From positions 1 through 64,000 of the forward strand of contig NZ_SMNA01000003.1 of the NCBI RefSeq assembly GCF_004353825.1: a DNA stretch of 64,000 nucleotides, read 5' to 3'. Positions 19,075 to 27,848 of this stretch are shown piece after piece (position 1 is the stretch's first letter; every line of letters begins with the position of its first letter). The stretch comes from Occultella glacieicola (GTDB lineage Bacteria > Actinomycetota > Actinomycetes > Actinomycetales > Beutenbergiaceae). Position numbers and translations under genes: made by a program. Below the pieces are notes generated by a model. It searched no databases, was not told the DNA's origin, and worked only from the letters and a program-made list of their open reading frames with translations.

Positions 19075-20466
19075 ATGACGCCGCAGACACGTCCGAACCG
19101 GACCACCGAGCGGAACGCCGCCCTGGCCTGCCTGCGCAGTGCCCTGGTTCCCGGCGCCATCGCCGCCGTCTGCTGGCTCGGGCCGGCCTGGCCCCCGCTC
19201 CAGCAGGTCGTGGCGGACGCCGGCCTGGTCGAGTTCGCCGACCTGCAGCGGGTCGCCACCATCGCCGCCGTTGTCGCCCTCGGCCTGGTGGTGTTCCACC
19301 TGGCCAGATCCGGTCGGCACCTGCTCCGGTGGGTGCGGGCGGTCCGCTGGGAGCAGCAGTTCGACGACCCCGAGCGTGCCCACCTGGTGCCTCCCCTCGC
19401 CTCGCACACCCGGTCGCTGACCTCGTGGTCGAGTTGGCTGCGGTGGGTGCTCCTGGGCGGACTGGTGCTGGCCGGGGCCCTGGTGTACGCGGGTCTGGCC
19501 GCGCTCGGGCTCGTGCCTCGACCCACGGACGAGATGATCGACGGCTGGGCGACACCCGTGCTGGGCGTACTGGCTCTGGTCGCGGTCGGGTGGGTCGCCC
19601 GGGTCCGCCTGGCCGGCCGCCGCCTGCGAGCCCGCACCGTCGAACGGCTCTCGGGGGACACCGCCGCCCCCCGTGCCACGGCAGAGGTCGCCGCGGACCG
19701 TGCCGAGCGGATCCCCACCCTGGAGGTCTCGTTCGGAGCCTGGGGTCCGGATCCGGGCCGGCTCACCCGCCGGGCCGGCCGCCGGGTCAGCGGGCCGCTA
19801 CAGATCCTGTATCTGCGGCTGTTCGACAACGTCGACGGCACGGCGGCGTTCCTGGGCAGCCCGTGGCGGACGGTCGGCCTGGTGCACCTGCTGCGCGGCT
19901 CCGACCAGGTCGAGGCCGACGAACTGCGGGCGGCGCGGGCCCGTGGTTCGGTGGCCACCCTGTTCATCAGGTCCCCGGAGCAGTTGAGCGCGGTGCTCGC
20001 CGAACTGCCGAGTCAGCGGCACGACCCGGCCACCCCGCACGGCGTCCTGGCCAGGATCCGTTGGCTCCGGGACCCCGAACGGGGTCGCTACCCGGTCCGC
20101 GGCCTGCTGTGCCACGGCTCCTTCTGGCGGCGGGCGGTCGACCTGATGCTCGACCGGATGGACCTGGTGGTCCTCGACCTGAGCGGGTACCGGCCCGAGA
20201 ACATCGGCACCCGGTTCGAACTGCAGCGGGTCGTCGACGGCTTCCCGGTGGACCGCGTCCTGTTCCTCGCCGAGCCCCACAGCGATCAGCCGTTCCTGAC
20301 CGCCCAACTCCGTGCGGCCTGGTCCGCGATGGCGGCCGGTTCCCCGAACGAGGGCACGGGTACCCGCCGGGCCCGAGTGGCCTGGGACACCCCGCCGACC
20401 GGGTTCAGGTACGCCGGGGCGGCCGCCGGCAGCGCGGGCGCAAGTACGAGGACCCGACCGGGTTGA
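19075..20466 (+). CDS. Multi-TM membrane protein with C-terminal putative TIR-like domain
   Basis: About four hydrophobic segments, then ILYLRLFD ... FWRRAVDLMLDRMDLVVLDLSGY...GTRFEL ... RVLFL; ORF is solid, the TIR-like call is inference. Confidence 0.65.
   Translation: MTPQTRPNRTTERNAALACLRSALVPGAIAAVCWLGPAWPPLQQVVADAGLVEFADLQRVATIAAVVALGLVVFHLARSGRHLLRWVRAVRWEQQFDDPERAHLVPPLASHTRSLTSWSSWLRWVLLGGLVLAGALVYAGLAALGLVPRPTDEMIDGWATPVLGVLALVAVGWVARVRLAGRRLRARTVERLSGDTAAPRATAEVAADRAERIPTLEVSFGAWGPDPGRLTRRAGRRVSGPLQILYLRLFDNVDGTAAFLGSPWRTVGLVHLLRGSDQVEADELRAARARGSVATLFIRSPEQLSAVLAELPSQRHDPATPHGVLARIRWLRDPERGRYPVRGLLCHGSFWRRAVDLMLDRMDLVVLDLSGYRPENIGTRFELQRVVDGFPVDRVLFLAEPHSDQPFLTAQLRAAWSAMAAGSPNEGTGTRRARVAWDTPPTGFRYAGAAAGSAGASTRTRPG
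20395..20454. repeat. Degenerate copy of mutM 3' end (direct repeat with 21068-21127)
   Basis: Ungapped 52/60 identity; minus strand reads SSYLRPRCRRPPRRT* vs mut[16 protein letters not shown]. Confidence 0.88.
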
Positions 20467-20484
20467 GGCCGCCCCGTTCACTGC

Positions 20485-20739
20485 TCAGTAGTGGTAGCGC
20501 GCCTGGAGGATGACGAGGTCGTCACCGTCGACGAGATACACCAGCCGGTGCTCATCGGTGATCCGTCGCGACCATGACCCGTGCGCTCCGTACTTGAGTT
20601 GCTCCGGCTTGCCGATCCCCTCGAACGGCTCCCGGAGGCAGGCGTCGATGAGTGAGTTGATCCGCTTGAGTGCCCGCCGGTCCGCGGCCTGCCAATGCGT
20701 GTAGTCCTCCCAGGCGGATGCGTCCCAGACCAGACGCAT
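20485..20739 (-). CDS. yoeB: Txe/YoeB toxin
   Basis: AWEDYTHWQ, PFEGIGKPEQLK, WSRRITDEHRLVY, QARYHY. Confidence 0.95.
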   Translation of the reverse strand: MRLVWDASAWEDYTHWQAADRRALKRINSLIDACLREPFEGIGKPEQLKYGAHGSWSRRITDEHRLVYLVDGDDLVILQARYHY

Positions 20740-21000
20740 TCAGTCATCCTCGCCCGCGCGGTCGAGGTCATGGGTCTCGGTCCGCCCCGCACGGGCGCGT
20801 TCGTAGGAGTCGAGCAGTCGCCGGGCGTTGGCCGGCGAGCGGAACAGGTACGCGGTCTCCTGCCAGGCGGCGTACTCGTCGGCCGCCATGAGGACGGCAT
20901 TCCCCTTGCGGGAGACGATCTCGACGGCCTCGCGGTCCTCGTTCACACGCTCGATGAGCGGGAACAGGGTCTTCCGCGCCTCGCTGGCACTGATCGACAT
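20740..21000 (-). CDS. yefM: Phd/YefM antitoxin
   Basis: SASEARKTLFPLIERVNED..VEIVSRKGNAVLM..WQETAYLFRSPANARRL; GAGGAG RBS. Confidence 0.93.
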   Translation of the reverse strand: MSISASEARKTLFPLIERVNEDREAVEIVSRKGNAVLMAADEYAAWQETAYLFRSPANARRLLDSYERARAGRTETHDLDRAGEDD

Positions 21001-21024
21001 GGTGGCACTCCTCTGGTTCACGCA

Positions 21025-21049
21025 AGTGGTACAGCAACACGGTACCACT
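21025..21049. promoter_or_regulatory. YefM-YoeB operator palindrome
   Basis: AGTGGTAC-N9-GTACCACT with GTAC cores upstream of yefM. Confidence 0.7.
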
Positions 21050-21077
21050 CGACCCCGAGCCACTCCACCGACCGGGT

Positions 21078-22028
21078 TCAGATACCCCGGGGCGGCCGCT
21101 GGCAGCTGGGGCAGAAGTACGACGACCGGTTCATGAAGGCCTCCCGCACGATCGGGGTGCCGCACCGCGGGCACGGCTCACCCTCCTGCCCGTAGACGTT
21201 GAGGGACCGATCGAAGTACCCACTCGCCCCGTTCACGTTGACGTAGAGGGCGTCGAAGCTGGTGCCACCGGCCACGAGGGCCTCGCTCATCACCTCGGTG
21301 GCGGCGTCGAGGAGGTCGGCGACCTGGCGGGCCCGGAGCCGGTCGGTGGGCCGGGCGTAGTGCAGGCGCGCGCGCCAGAGCGCCTCGTCGGCGTAGATGT
21401 TGCCGACGCCGGAGACCACCTCCTGGTCCAGCAGCACCCGCTTGATGCCGCGGGAGCCGGCACGGATCCGCCGGTTCAGGGCCACCCGGGCGGGTGCCCC
21501 CGGCGCGGCCAGCAGTGGGTCGAGGAGGTCCCGGGCGATATGCGCCACGGGCGCCGGCAGGTACGCCCGATCGGGCGACGTGCCTGCGAAGCCGCCGGGG
21601 CCGCCGTCGGGCGTCGGCACCAGCGGCACGACGGTGAGATGCCCGAACGTGCGCTGGTCCACGAAGTGCAGCTCGGTGGCATCGGCGAAGCCGATCCGAA
21701 CGCGCAGGTGCGGGTTGCGCCCCGTTTCCGGCAGGGCCGGGTCACCGGGCCCGGTGACGAGCAACTGCCCGCTCATGCCGAGATGGGCCAGCAGCGCGTG
21801 GTCCTCCGGGGCACCATCCGGTCCGTCGAGCGTGAGCCAGAGGAACTTGCCGCGGCGGACGGCGGCCGTCGGGGTCCGGTCGACGAGCAGTGCGGCGAGC
21901 TCGGCTGCGCCACCCTCCTGGTGTCGCACGGCGCGATCGCGGGACACCTCGACGGCGGCGATGCGGCGGCCGAGCACGTGGTCGGCGAGGCCGGCCCGGA
22001 CGGTCTCGACCTCGGGGAGCTCGGGCAC
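21078..22028 (-). CDS. mutM: Formamidopyrimidine-DNA glycosylase
   Basis: [28 protein letters not shown], zinc finger CPRC..CPSC. Confidence 0.97.
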   Translation of the reverse strand: MPELPEVETVRAGLADHVLGRRIAAVEVSRDRAVRHQEGGAAELAALLVDRTPTAAVRRGKFLWLTLDGPDGAPEDHALLAHLGMSGQLLVTGPGDPALPETGRNPHLRVRIGFADATELHFVDQRTFGHLTVVPLVPTPDGGPGGFAGTSPDRAYLPAPVAHIARDLLDPLLAAPGAPARVALNRRIRAGSRGIKRVLLDQEVVSGVGNIYADEALWRARLHYARPTDRLRARQVADLLDAATEVMSEALVAGGTSFDALYVNVNGASGYFDRSLNVYGQEGEPCPRCGTPIVREAFMNRSSYFCPSCQRPPRGI

Positions 22029-22029
22029 C

Positions 22030-22752
22030 TCAGCCCGGCTCGGCGGCCAGCGCGCGGTAGGCCTGCTCCGCCGCGTGCTGCTCGGCGATCTTCTTCGAGG
22101 ACCCCTCGCCCTCGCCCCAGGAGACGTCCCCGAGGAGCAGCCGGGCGTTGAACGAACGCTCGTGGTCCGGCCCGGTGCCGGACACGTCGTACACGGGCGC
22201 GCCGAGGCCCCGGGTGGCGGCCAGTTCCTGGACGCTGGTCTTCCAGTCCAGGCCTGCGCCGAGGTCGGCGGCGGCCTGCAGCGTGGGCCCGACGAGGTGC
22301 TGCACCATCGCGCGCGTCGGCTCGAGACCGTGGCACAGGTAGACGGCGCCGATCACGGCCTCGAGGGTGTCGGACAGGATCGAGTCCTTGTCCCGGCCGC
22401 CGGTACCGGTCTCGCCCTTGCCGAGCAGCAGGTAGTCGCCGAGCCGGATGCCGCGGGCGGTCGCGGCGAGCGCGCGCTGGGACACCGTGGCGGCCCGCAT
22501 CTTGGCCAGGTCACCCTCGGACAGGTCCGGGTGGGTGCGGTAGAGGTGCTCGGTGACCACGACGCCCAGGACGGCGTCCCCGAGGAACTCCAGTCGCTCG
22601 TTCGTGGGGATGCCGCCGGCCTCGTGGGCGAACGAGCGGTGGGTCAGGGCGAGCACGAGGAGTTCGGGGTCGACATCGACGCCGAGGGACTGCTGCAACC
22701 GGGTGGCGCTCGGCGCGGAGGTGTCCGCCGGCGGCGCGTCCGGCGCAGTCAT
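22030..22752 (-). CDS. rnc: Ribonuclease III
   Basis: [18 protein letters not shown], ds[22 protein letters not shown]. Confidence 0.97.
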   Translation of the reverse strand: MTAPDAPPADTSAPSATRLQQSLGVDVDPELLVLALTHRSFAHEAGGIPTNERLEFLGDAVLGVVVTEHLYRTHPDLSEGDLAKMRAATVSQRALAATARGIRLGDYLLLGKGETGTGGRDKDSILSDTLEAVIGAVYLCHGLEPTRAMVQHLVGPTLQAAADLGAGLDWKTSVQELAATRGLGAPVYDVSGTGPDHERSFNARLLLGDVSWGEGEGSSKKIAEQHAAEQAYRALAAEPG

Positions 22753-23378
22753 CGGCTCGTCCCCGGGCCGCCGGGGTCGGGCCGGTCGGTCCGTTCGGGT
22801 GCGGGATCCACGCCATCCCCCGTGTCCTCGCTCCCGGCGAGTCCGCTCAGGGCGGCCCAGCGCGGGTCCAGGATCTCGTGGGAGTGCCCGGGTTCGGCGT
22901 CCTCGAGACGGATCCCGCACTCCGGGCACAGCCCGGGGCAGTCCGGGCGGCACAGCGGCTGGAACGGCAGGGACAGCACGACGGCGTCCGTCACGGTCTC
23001 CTCGAGGTCGATCAGTTCGCCGTTCATCTCCTTGAGCGGCTCGGCCTCGTCGCCGGTCTCCTCGACCTTGGGGTGGCGTCCGCCGGGGTAGGCGAACAGT
23101 TCGGTGAGGTCCACCTCGACGTCGTGGACGATGTCGCGAAGACAGCGCACGCACTCGCCGGTCGCCTCGGTCTGCGCGGTCCCAGTGACCAGGACGCCCT
23201 CCATGACCGCCTCCAGGCGCAGGTCGAGGTCGATCGCGTTGCCGGCCTGGACCCCGATCACCTCAGTCCCCATCAGGGCCGGCGCCGGGACGGTCAGGGC
23301 GAGCTCGCGCATCGAGCCGGGGCGGCGGCCGAGATCGTGGGTGCTGATCACGAACGGTCCGTGCGGGGTGTGGCTCAT
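22749..23378 (-). CDS. DUF177/YceD family protein
   Basis: [31 protein letters not shown]; canonical position. Confidence 0.92.
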   Translation of the reverse strand: MSHTPHGPFVISTHDLGRRPGSMRELALTVPAPALMGTEVIGVQAGNAIDLDLRLEAVMEGVLVTGTAQTEATGECVRCLRDIVHDVEVDLTELFAYPGGRHPKVEETGDEAEPLKEMNGELIDLEETVTDAVVLSLPFQPLCRPDCPGLCPECGIRLEDAEPGHSHEILDPRWAALSGLAGSEDTGDGVDPAPERTDRPDPGGPGTSR

Positions 23379-23998
23379 GGCTTCTCCCGACCGCCGCGCG
23401 GGCCCTCGTGGTTTCCCGCGCGGTCCTTCGTCGCGACCCGGTTCGGTGGGCGGCTCGGGCCCTGACCCTCAGCACCGCCGGCACCATCAGCACGGTCGGT
23501 CCGGTCCTCATCGCGAGCGGCGCGGCTCCGGTTGCGCTCCATGAGCCGCGCCCGGCCGGCCGCGACCTGGGTGCCGACCGCGTTCAGGTCGATCTCGAAC
23601 TGGGCGAGCTGGCGGTCGCAGTAGTCGTCCGCCTCGCGGGAGAGCTTCTCCGCGTCGGCCGTGGCGTCGGCGACGATCTGCTCGGCCCGGGCGTTCGCGG
23701 CCCGGACGACCGCCTCGTTGGAGACGAGGTCCGCGGCGCGCTCCTTGGCCTTCTCGACGATCCGTCCGGCCTCCTTGCGGGCGCGCTCGAGGACGGCGTC
23801 GGCGTCCGCCACCACGGTGTCCGCCTGGGAGATCTGGCTCGGCAGGACGGCCTTGGCGGACTCGATCAGCTCGAGGACCTCGGCCCGGTTCACCAGCGCG
23901 GACGCGGACATCGGCATCGATCGTGCGGACGCGACCAGGTCGGAGAGCTCGTCGAGGATCGCGACCAGCGACTCCCCGTGTTCGGCTGCTGTACTCAT
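23375..23998 (-). CDS. Coiled-coil protein, Rv2927c/SepIVA-like
   Basis: ARSMPMSASALVNRAE, long A/E/R coiled coil, EADDYCD..LAQFE; between coaD and DUF177. Confidence 0.8.
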   Translation of the reverse strand: MSTAAEHGESLVAILDELSDLVASARSMPMSASALVNRAEVLELIESAKAVLPSQISQADTVVADADAVLERARKEAGRIVEKAKERAADLVSNEAVVRAANARAEQIVADATADAEKLSREADDYCDRQLAQFEIDLNAVGTQVAAGRARLMERNRSRAARDEDRTDRADGAGGAEGQGPSRPPNRVATKDRAGNHEGPRGGREKP

Positions 23999-24531
23999 CT
24001 GGGGTCATCCTTGCTCTCGGTGCGGCGGGCGCTGGGGCCGAGGCCCGGTGCGGTGCCCAGCGCGGTGTACACGGCGTCGGCCACGCCGGGTGGGACCAGG
24101 TCGGTGATGTCGCCGCCGTAGCGGGCCACCTCCTTCACCATCGAGGAGGAGATGTGGGCGAGCGTGGCCTCGCTGCTCAGGTAGACGGTCTCGACCCCGG
24201 CCAGGTAGCGGTTCATCAGGGTCATCGGCTGCTCCGCGTCGAAGTCCGCGCCGCCCCGCAGTCCCTTGACGATCGCCGACGCGCCGACGTCGCGGCACAC
24301 GTCCACGATCAGGCCGGGGGCGGCGAGCACCCGGGCGCCGGGCAGGTCCGCGACGGCGTCGGTGAACAGGTCCCGGCGCTGGTGCGGCGTGAGCAGGGTG
24401 GACTTCGCGGCGTTGATACCGATGACCACCACGACCTCGTCGAACAGCGTGAGGGCGCGGCGCACGATGTCGAGGTGTCCCAGGGTCACCGGGTCGTAGG
24501 AGCCCGGACACACGGCGATTCGAGACGTCAC
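23995..24531 (-). CDS. coaD: Pantetheine-phosphate adenylyltransferase
   Basis: CPGSYDPVTLGHLDI, KGLR..DF..E, ISSSMVKE. Confidence 0.96.
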   Translation of the reverse strand: MTSRIAVCPGSYDPVTLGHLDIVRRALTLFDEVVVVIGINAAKSTLLTPHQRRDLFTDAVADLPGARVLAAPGLIVDVCRDVGASAIVKGLRGGADFDAEQPMTLMNRYLAGVETVYLSSEATLAHISSSMVKEVARYGGDITDLVPPGVADAVYTALGTAPGLGPSARRTESKDDPR

Positions 24532-24603
24532 CCCGATAACGTACCGCCACGGCCCACCCAGGCCACTTCTGCCGACCCGCCCCGGGCCGTCCGACATTCT
24601 TCG

Positions 24604-24615
24604 GGAAGCGGTTTC
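24604..24615. promoter_or_regulatory. LacI-type operator upstream of uxaA-like gene
   Basis: GGAAGCGGTTTC; same core AAGCGGTTTC recurs at 26950-26963. Confidence 0.5.
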
Positions 24616-24676
24616 TGAGTTAGGGTGGGAACGGTTGCGGCACGATTGCCATCCCCGTCTACGAAGGTTCCCCCTG

Positions 24677-26224
24677 ATGACCGGTCTGTCCCTGCCCCTG
24701 CGCGACGTCGCCCTGGTGCTGCGCCCCGACGACTCCGTGGCGGTCGCCACCCGCGATCTCGCCTCCGGAACGGTGCTGACCCTCGCCGACGGCGGCGCAC
24801 TCCCCGTGGTCGCCGACATCCCCCGCGGTCACAAGGTCGCCCTCCGGGCGGTCGAGGCGGGCGGGCAGGTGCTCAAGTACGGGCAGTCCATCGGCCGTGC
24901 GACCACGCCGATCGGGCCCGGGCAGCACGTGCACTCCCACAACCTGGGCATGGACGCCACCGAGCGCGAGCACGAGTTCGGGACCGCGCGGGTCACACCG
25001 GACCTCCCGGCGGATCTGCCCCGGACGTTCCTCGGCTACCACCGGGCCGACGGCCGGGTGGCCACCCGTAACTTCATCGGCGTGATCACCTCCGTGAACT
25101 GCTCGGCCAGCTCGGCGAAGATGATCGCGGACCAGTTCCGGGGTATGGCCCTGGACTCCTACCCGAACGTCGACGGCGTCATGGCCATCACCCACCAGAG
25201 CGGCTGCGGACTGGTGCCGGCCTCCGAGGGCGGGCAGTTGCTGCTGCGGACCCTGCGCGGGTACGCCCAGCACCCGAACTTCGGCGGCCTGCTGGTCCTC
25301 GGCCTCGGCTGCGAGATGATCCCGGTCGAATCCCTCGCGGGCGGCCTGGGCCTGCCCGAGGGGCTGCTCGTGGAGACCATGAACATCCAGGACGCCGGCG
25401 GGGTGCGCGCCACGGTCCGGGCCGGCGTCGAGAAGATCAAGGAGATGCTGCCCCGGGTCAACGAGGCCACCCGGGCCCCGGCGGACATCTCCCACCTGGT
25501 CCTCGGCCTGAACTGCGGCGGATCCGACGGTTACTCCGGGATCACCGCCAATCCGGCTCTCGGGGTGGCCTCGGACATGCTGGTCGCGGCCGGCGCTACG
25601 TCGGTACTGGCCGAGACACCCGAGGTGTACGGCGCCGAGCACCTGCTCACCCGCCGCGCCGTGTCCGCCGAGGTGGGCCAGAAGCTGCTGGACCGGATCG
25701 AGTGGTGGAAGGCCTACACCGAGGCCGGCGAGGGCACCCTCGACAACAATCCGTCCCCGGGCAACAAGGCCGGCGGACTCACCACGATCCTGGAGAAGTC
25801 CCTCGGTGCGGTCGCCAAGGGCGGCACCGCGGAGATGACGGCGGTCTACGAGTATGCCGAGCCCATCACGGACAAGGGCTTCACGTTCATGGACACCCCC
25901 GGCTACGACCCGGTCTCGGTGACCGGCCTGGTCGCCGGTGGGTCCACCGTGGTCTGCTTCACCACCGGCCGGGGCTCGGTGTTCGGGTGCAAGCCGACAC
26001 CGTCGATCAAACTCGCCACGAACACCGAGATGTACGAGCGGATGTCCGAGGACATGGACATCAACGCAGGGCGGATCGTCGACGGCACCGCGAGCCTCGA
26101 GGAGGTCGGCCGGGAGATCTTCGAGAAGATCATCGCGGTGGCCTCCGGGGAGCAGACGGTCAGCGAGGACCTCGACATCGGCCAGGAGGAGTTCATCCCC
26201 TGGCATGTCGGTGCCGTCACCTGA
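24677..26224 (+). CDS. uxaA: UxaA-family altronate/galactarate dehydratase
   Basis: SAF domain IPRGHKVA..KYGQ.IG..HVHSHN, SVNCS, GLGCE, CGGSDGYSG, NPSPGNKAGGL, FTTGRG. Confidence 0.9.
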   Translation: MTGLSLPLRDVALVLRPDDSVAVATRDLASGTVLTLADGGALPVVADIPRGHKVALRAVEAGGQVLKYGQSIGRATTPIGPGQHVHSHNLGMDATEREHEFGTARVTPDLPADLPRTFLGYHRADGRVATRNFIGVITSVNCSASSAKMIADQFRGMALDSYPNVDGVMAITHQSGCGLVPASEGGQLLLRTLRGYAQHPNFGGLLVLGLGCEMIPVESLAGGLGLPEGLLVETMNIQDAGGVRATVRAGVEKIKEMLPRVNEATRAPADISHLVLGLNCGGSDGYSGITANPALGVASDMLVAAGATSVLAETPEVYGAEHLLTRRAVSAEVGQKLLDRIEWWKAYTEAGEGTLDNNPSPGNKAGGLTTILEKSLGAVAKGGTAEMTAVYEYAEPITDKGFTFMDTPGYDPVSVTGLVAGGSTVVCFTTGRGSVFGCKPTPSIKLATNTEMYERMSEDMDINAGRIVDGTASLEEVGREIFEKIIAVASGEQTVSEDLDIGQEEFIPWHVGAVT

Positions 26225-26900
26225 GCCTGTCGGTCCTGCCGAGCAGCCAGTCCACCTCGCGGCGCAGGAGGTCGACGCGTCCCGGCTGGGCGTACGCGGG
26301 GCGGTCGTGACCGAACGCGTCGTATATCACGCGGGCGCCCGAACGCTCCCGCGCCCAGACCAGCGGGTGCGCCCGCTCGTCGTGGGCGTGCGTGACCAGG
26401 ACGGTCACGTCCGGGGAGGTCTCGAGGTAGGAGTACCGCTCGTCGGTGGCCTCGAAGTCGCTCAGGCCGTCGGTGACCGGGTGCGTCCCGGCGACCCGCA
26501 CCACCGTGGTGTCCAGGGGCGGGTGCATCGATAGCCCCGGCACCCAGCGGCCGCCGAGGACGTGCGCCCAGTCCGGCGTCTCGAAGAACGTGTTCGACGC
26601 CGTATGGGTGGCCAGGACCGGACCGCCGGAGTCGGCGTGTTCGAGCACCGCCTCGCGCGCTCCCCCCGGGGCAAGCTCCGGCGCCGGTGTGCTGCCGCCA
26701 CCAGCATTGACCACGAGCAGGGCGATGCCCTCGAAGGAGGACGTCACCTCGTCCGTTCGGAGCACCCGGGCCCGAACACCGAGCCCGTCGAGCAACTCGG
26801 CCAGGGCGGCGGAGGTGCCGTCGAAATCGTGCCAGGGGTCGGCGTACCGGCCGGCACCGGAGAGCACGACGGCGTTGGGCTGGTTCTGCGTCGAGGGCAT
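26217..26900 (-). CDS. ThuA-domain (GATase-like) protein
   Basis: DPWHDF, LATHTAS, LGGRW..HPP, HPVT, DERY, YDAFGHD. Confidence 0.8.
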   Translation of the reverse strand: MPSTQNQPNAVVLSGAGRYADPWHDFDGTSAALAELLDGLGVRARVLRTDEVTSSFEGIALLVVNAGGGSTPAPELAPGGAREAVLEHADSGGPVLATHTASNTFFETPDWAHVLGGRWVPGLSMHPPLDTTVVRVAGTHPVTDGLSDFEATDERYSYLETSPDVTVLVTHAHDERAHPLVWARERSGARVIYDAFGHDRPAYAQPGRVDLLRREVDWLLGRTDRLR

Positions 26901-26949
26901 CGCCCATGTCTAGCGCATCCGGCGGGGCGCGGCCCCCACGGCGCCCGCC

Positions 26950-26963
26950 GGTAAGCGGTTTCC
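26950..26963. promoter_or_regulatory. LacI-type operator
   Basis: GGTAAGCGGTTTCC between divergent ThuA and DUF6807-like genes. Confidence 0.55.
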
Positions 26964-27017
26964 GATAGCATGGCCCCGGCCCGCGGAGCGCGGACCCGAG
27001 GCAACCGAAGGAGTACC

Positions 27018-27848
27018 GTGACCGCACTGCGCATCGGTGCGCGCGCCGTCGCCACCCATCACGACGGCCAGGACCTGGCCGCGCACCTCTCCCCCCGGCC
27101 CTACCTGCACCCGGTGACGACGCTCGAGGGCAGCGTGCTCACGGAGACCGGACCGGAGGACCACCGCCACCACTACGGGGTGAGCAACGCCGTCGTCGAG
27201 GTGAACGGGCACATGTTCTGGGGCGGCGCGTCCTACGTGCACCCGACCGGCTACGAGATGCTCACCAACCACGGTCGTCAGGTGCCGCGCAGCGCCGACC
27301 TCACCGACCACCGCATCACCCAGACCCTCGAGTGGCTCGGTAGCGACGGCTCGCACGTGCTCACCGAGGACCGCGAGATCACGGCCGATCTGCTCCCGGA
27401 GCGATCCGCCTGGGCGCTGCGCTGGCGTAGCACGCTGCACGCCGACGGCGGCGACCTCGAGCTCGGCTCGCCGGCCACCCGCGGGCGCGTCGGCGCCGGG
27501 TACGGAGGCCTGTTCTGGCGGCTCTCGTCGGCATCGATCCCCACCACGGCAACCACGGCCGACGGCGGCCCTCCCCTGGGCTCGACGTCACCCTGGCTGC
27601 TGCTCACCCAGGCGCGGGAGACCGGTCCGGTCGCGCTGCTGCTGGCGCAGCCGCGCGAGCAGGTGCTGCCGTGGTTCGTGCGCACGCAGGGGTACGTCGG
27701 CGCCGGACCCGCCGTCGCCTGGGATGCGCCCCGGACCGTCGCCGCCGGGACCAGCCTGGACCTGCACCTCTGGGCGCTCCTCGTGGACGGCGACCTCTCA
27801 CCCGAGTCCGCCCGCACCCACTACGACCTCCTGGAGCAGTTGCGATGA
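27018..27848 (+). CDS. DUF6807/'PmoA-family' hypothetical protein
   Basis: AAGGAG RBS; PRPYLHPV.T, P.DH.HH.G, FWGG, GYGGLFWR. Confidence 0.8.
   Translation: MTALRIGARAVATHHDGQDLAAHLSPRPYLHPVTTLEGSVLTETGPEDHRHHYGVSNAVVEVNGHMFWGGASYVHPTGYEMLTNHGRQVPRSADLTDHRITQTLEWLGSDGSHVLTEDREITADLLPERSAWALRWRSTLHADGGDLELGSPATRGRVGAGYGGLFWRLSSASIPTTATTADGGPPLGSTSPWLLLTQARETGPVALLLAQPREQVLPWFVRTQGYVGAGPAVAWDAPRTVAAGTSLDLHLWALLVDGDLSPESARTHYDLLEQLR

Noticed and set aside
27018..27848. Methane monooxygenase (from the 'PmoA family' label)
   Set aside because: Soluble protein in a sugar-acid operon with no pmoB/pmoC; the label is misleading.
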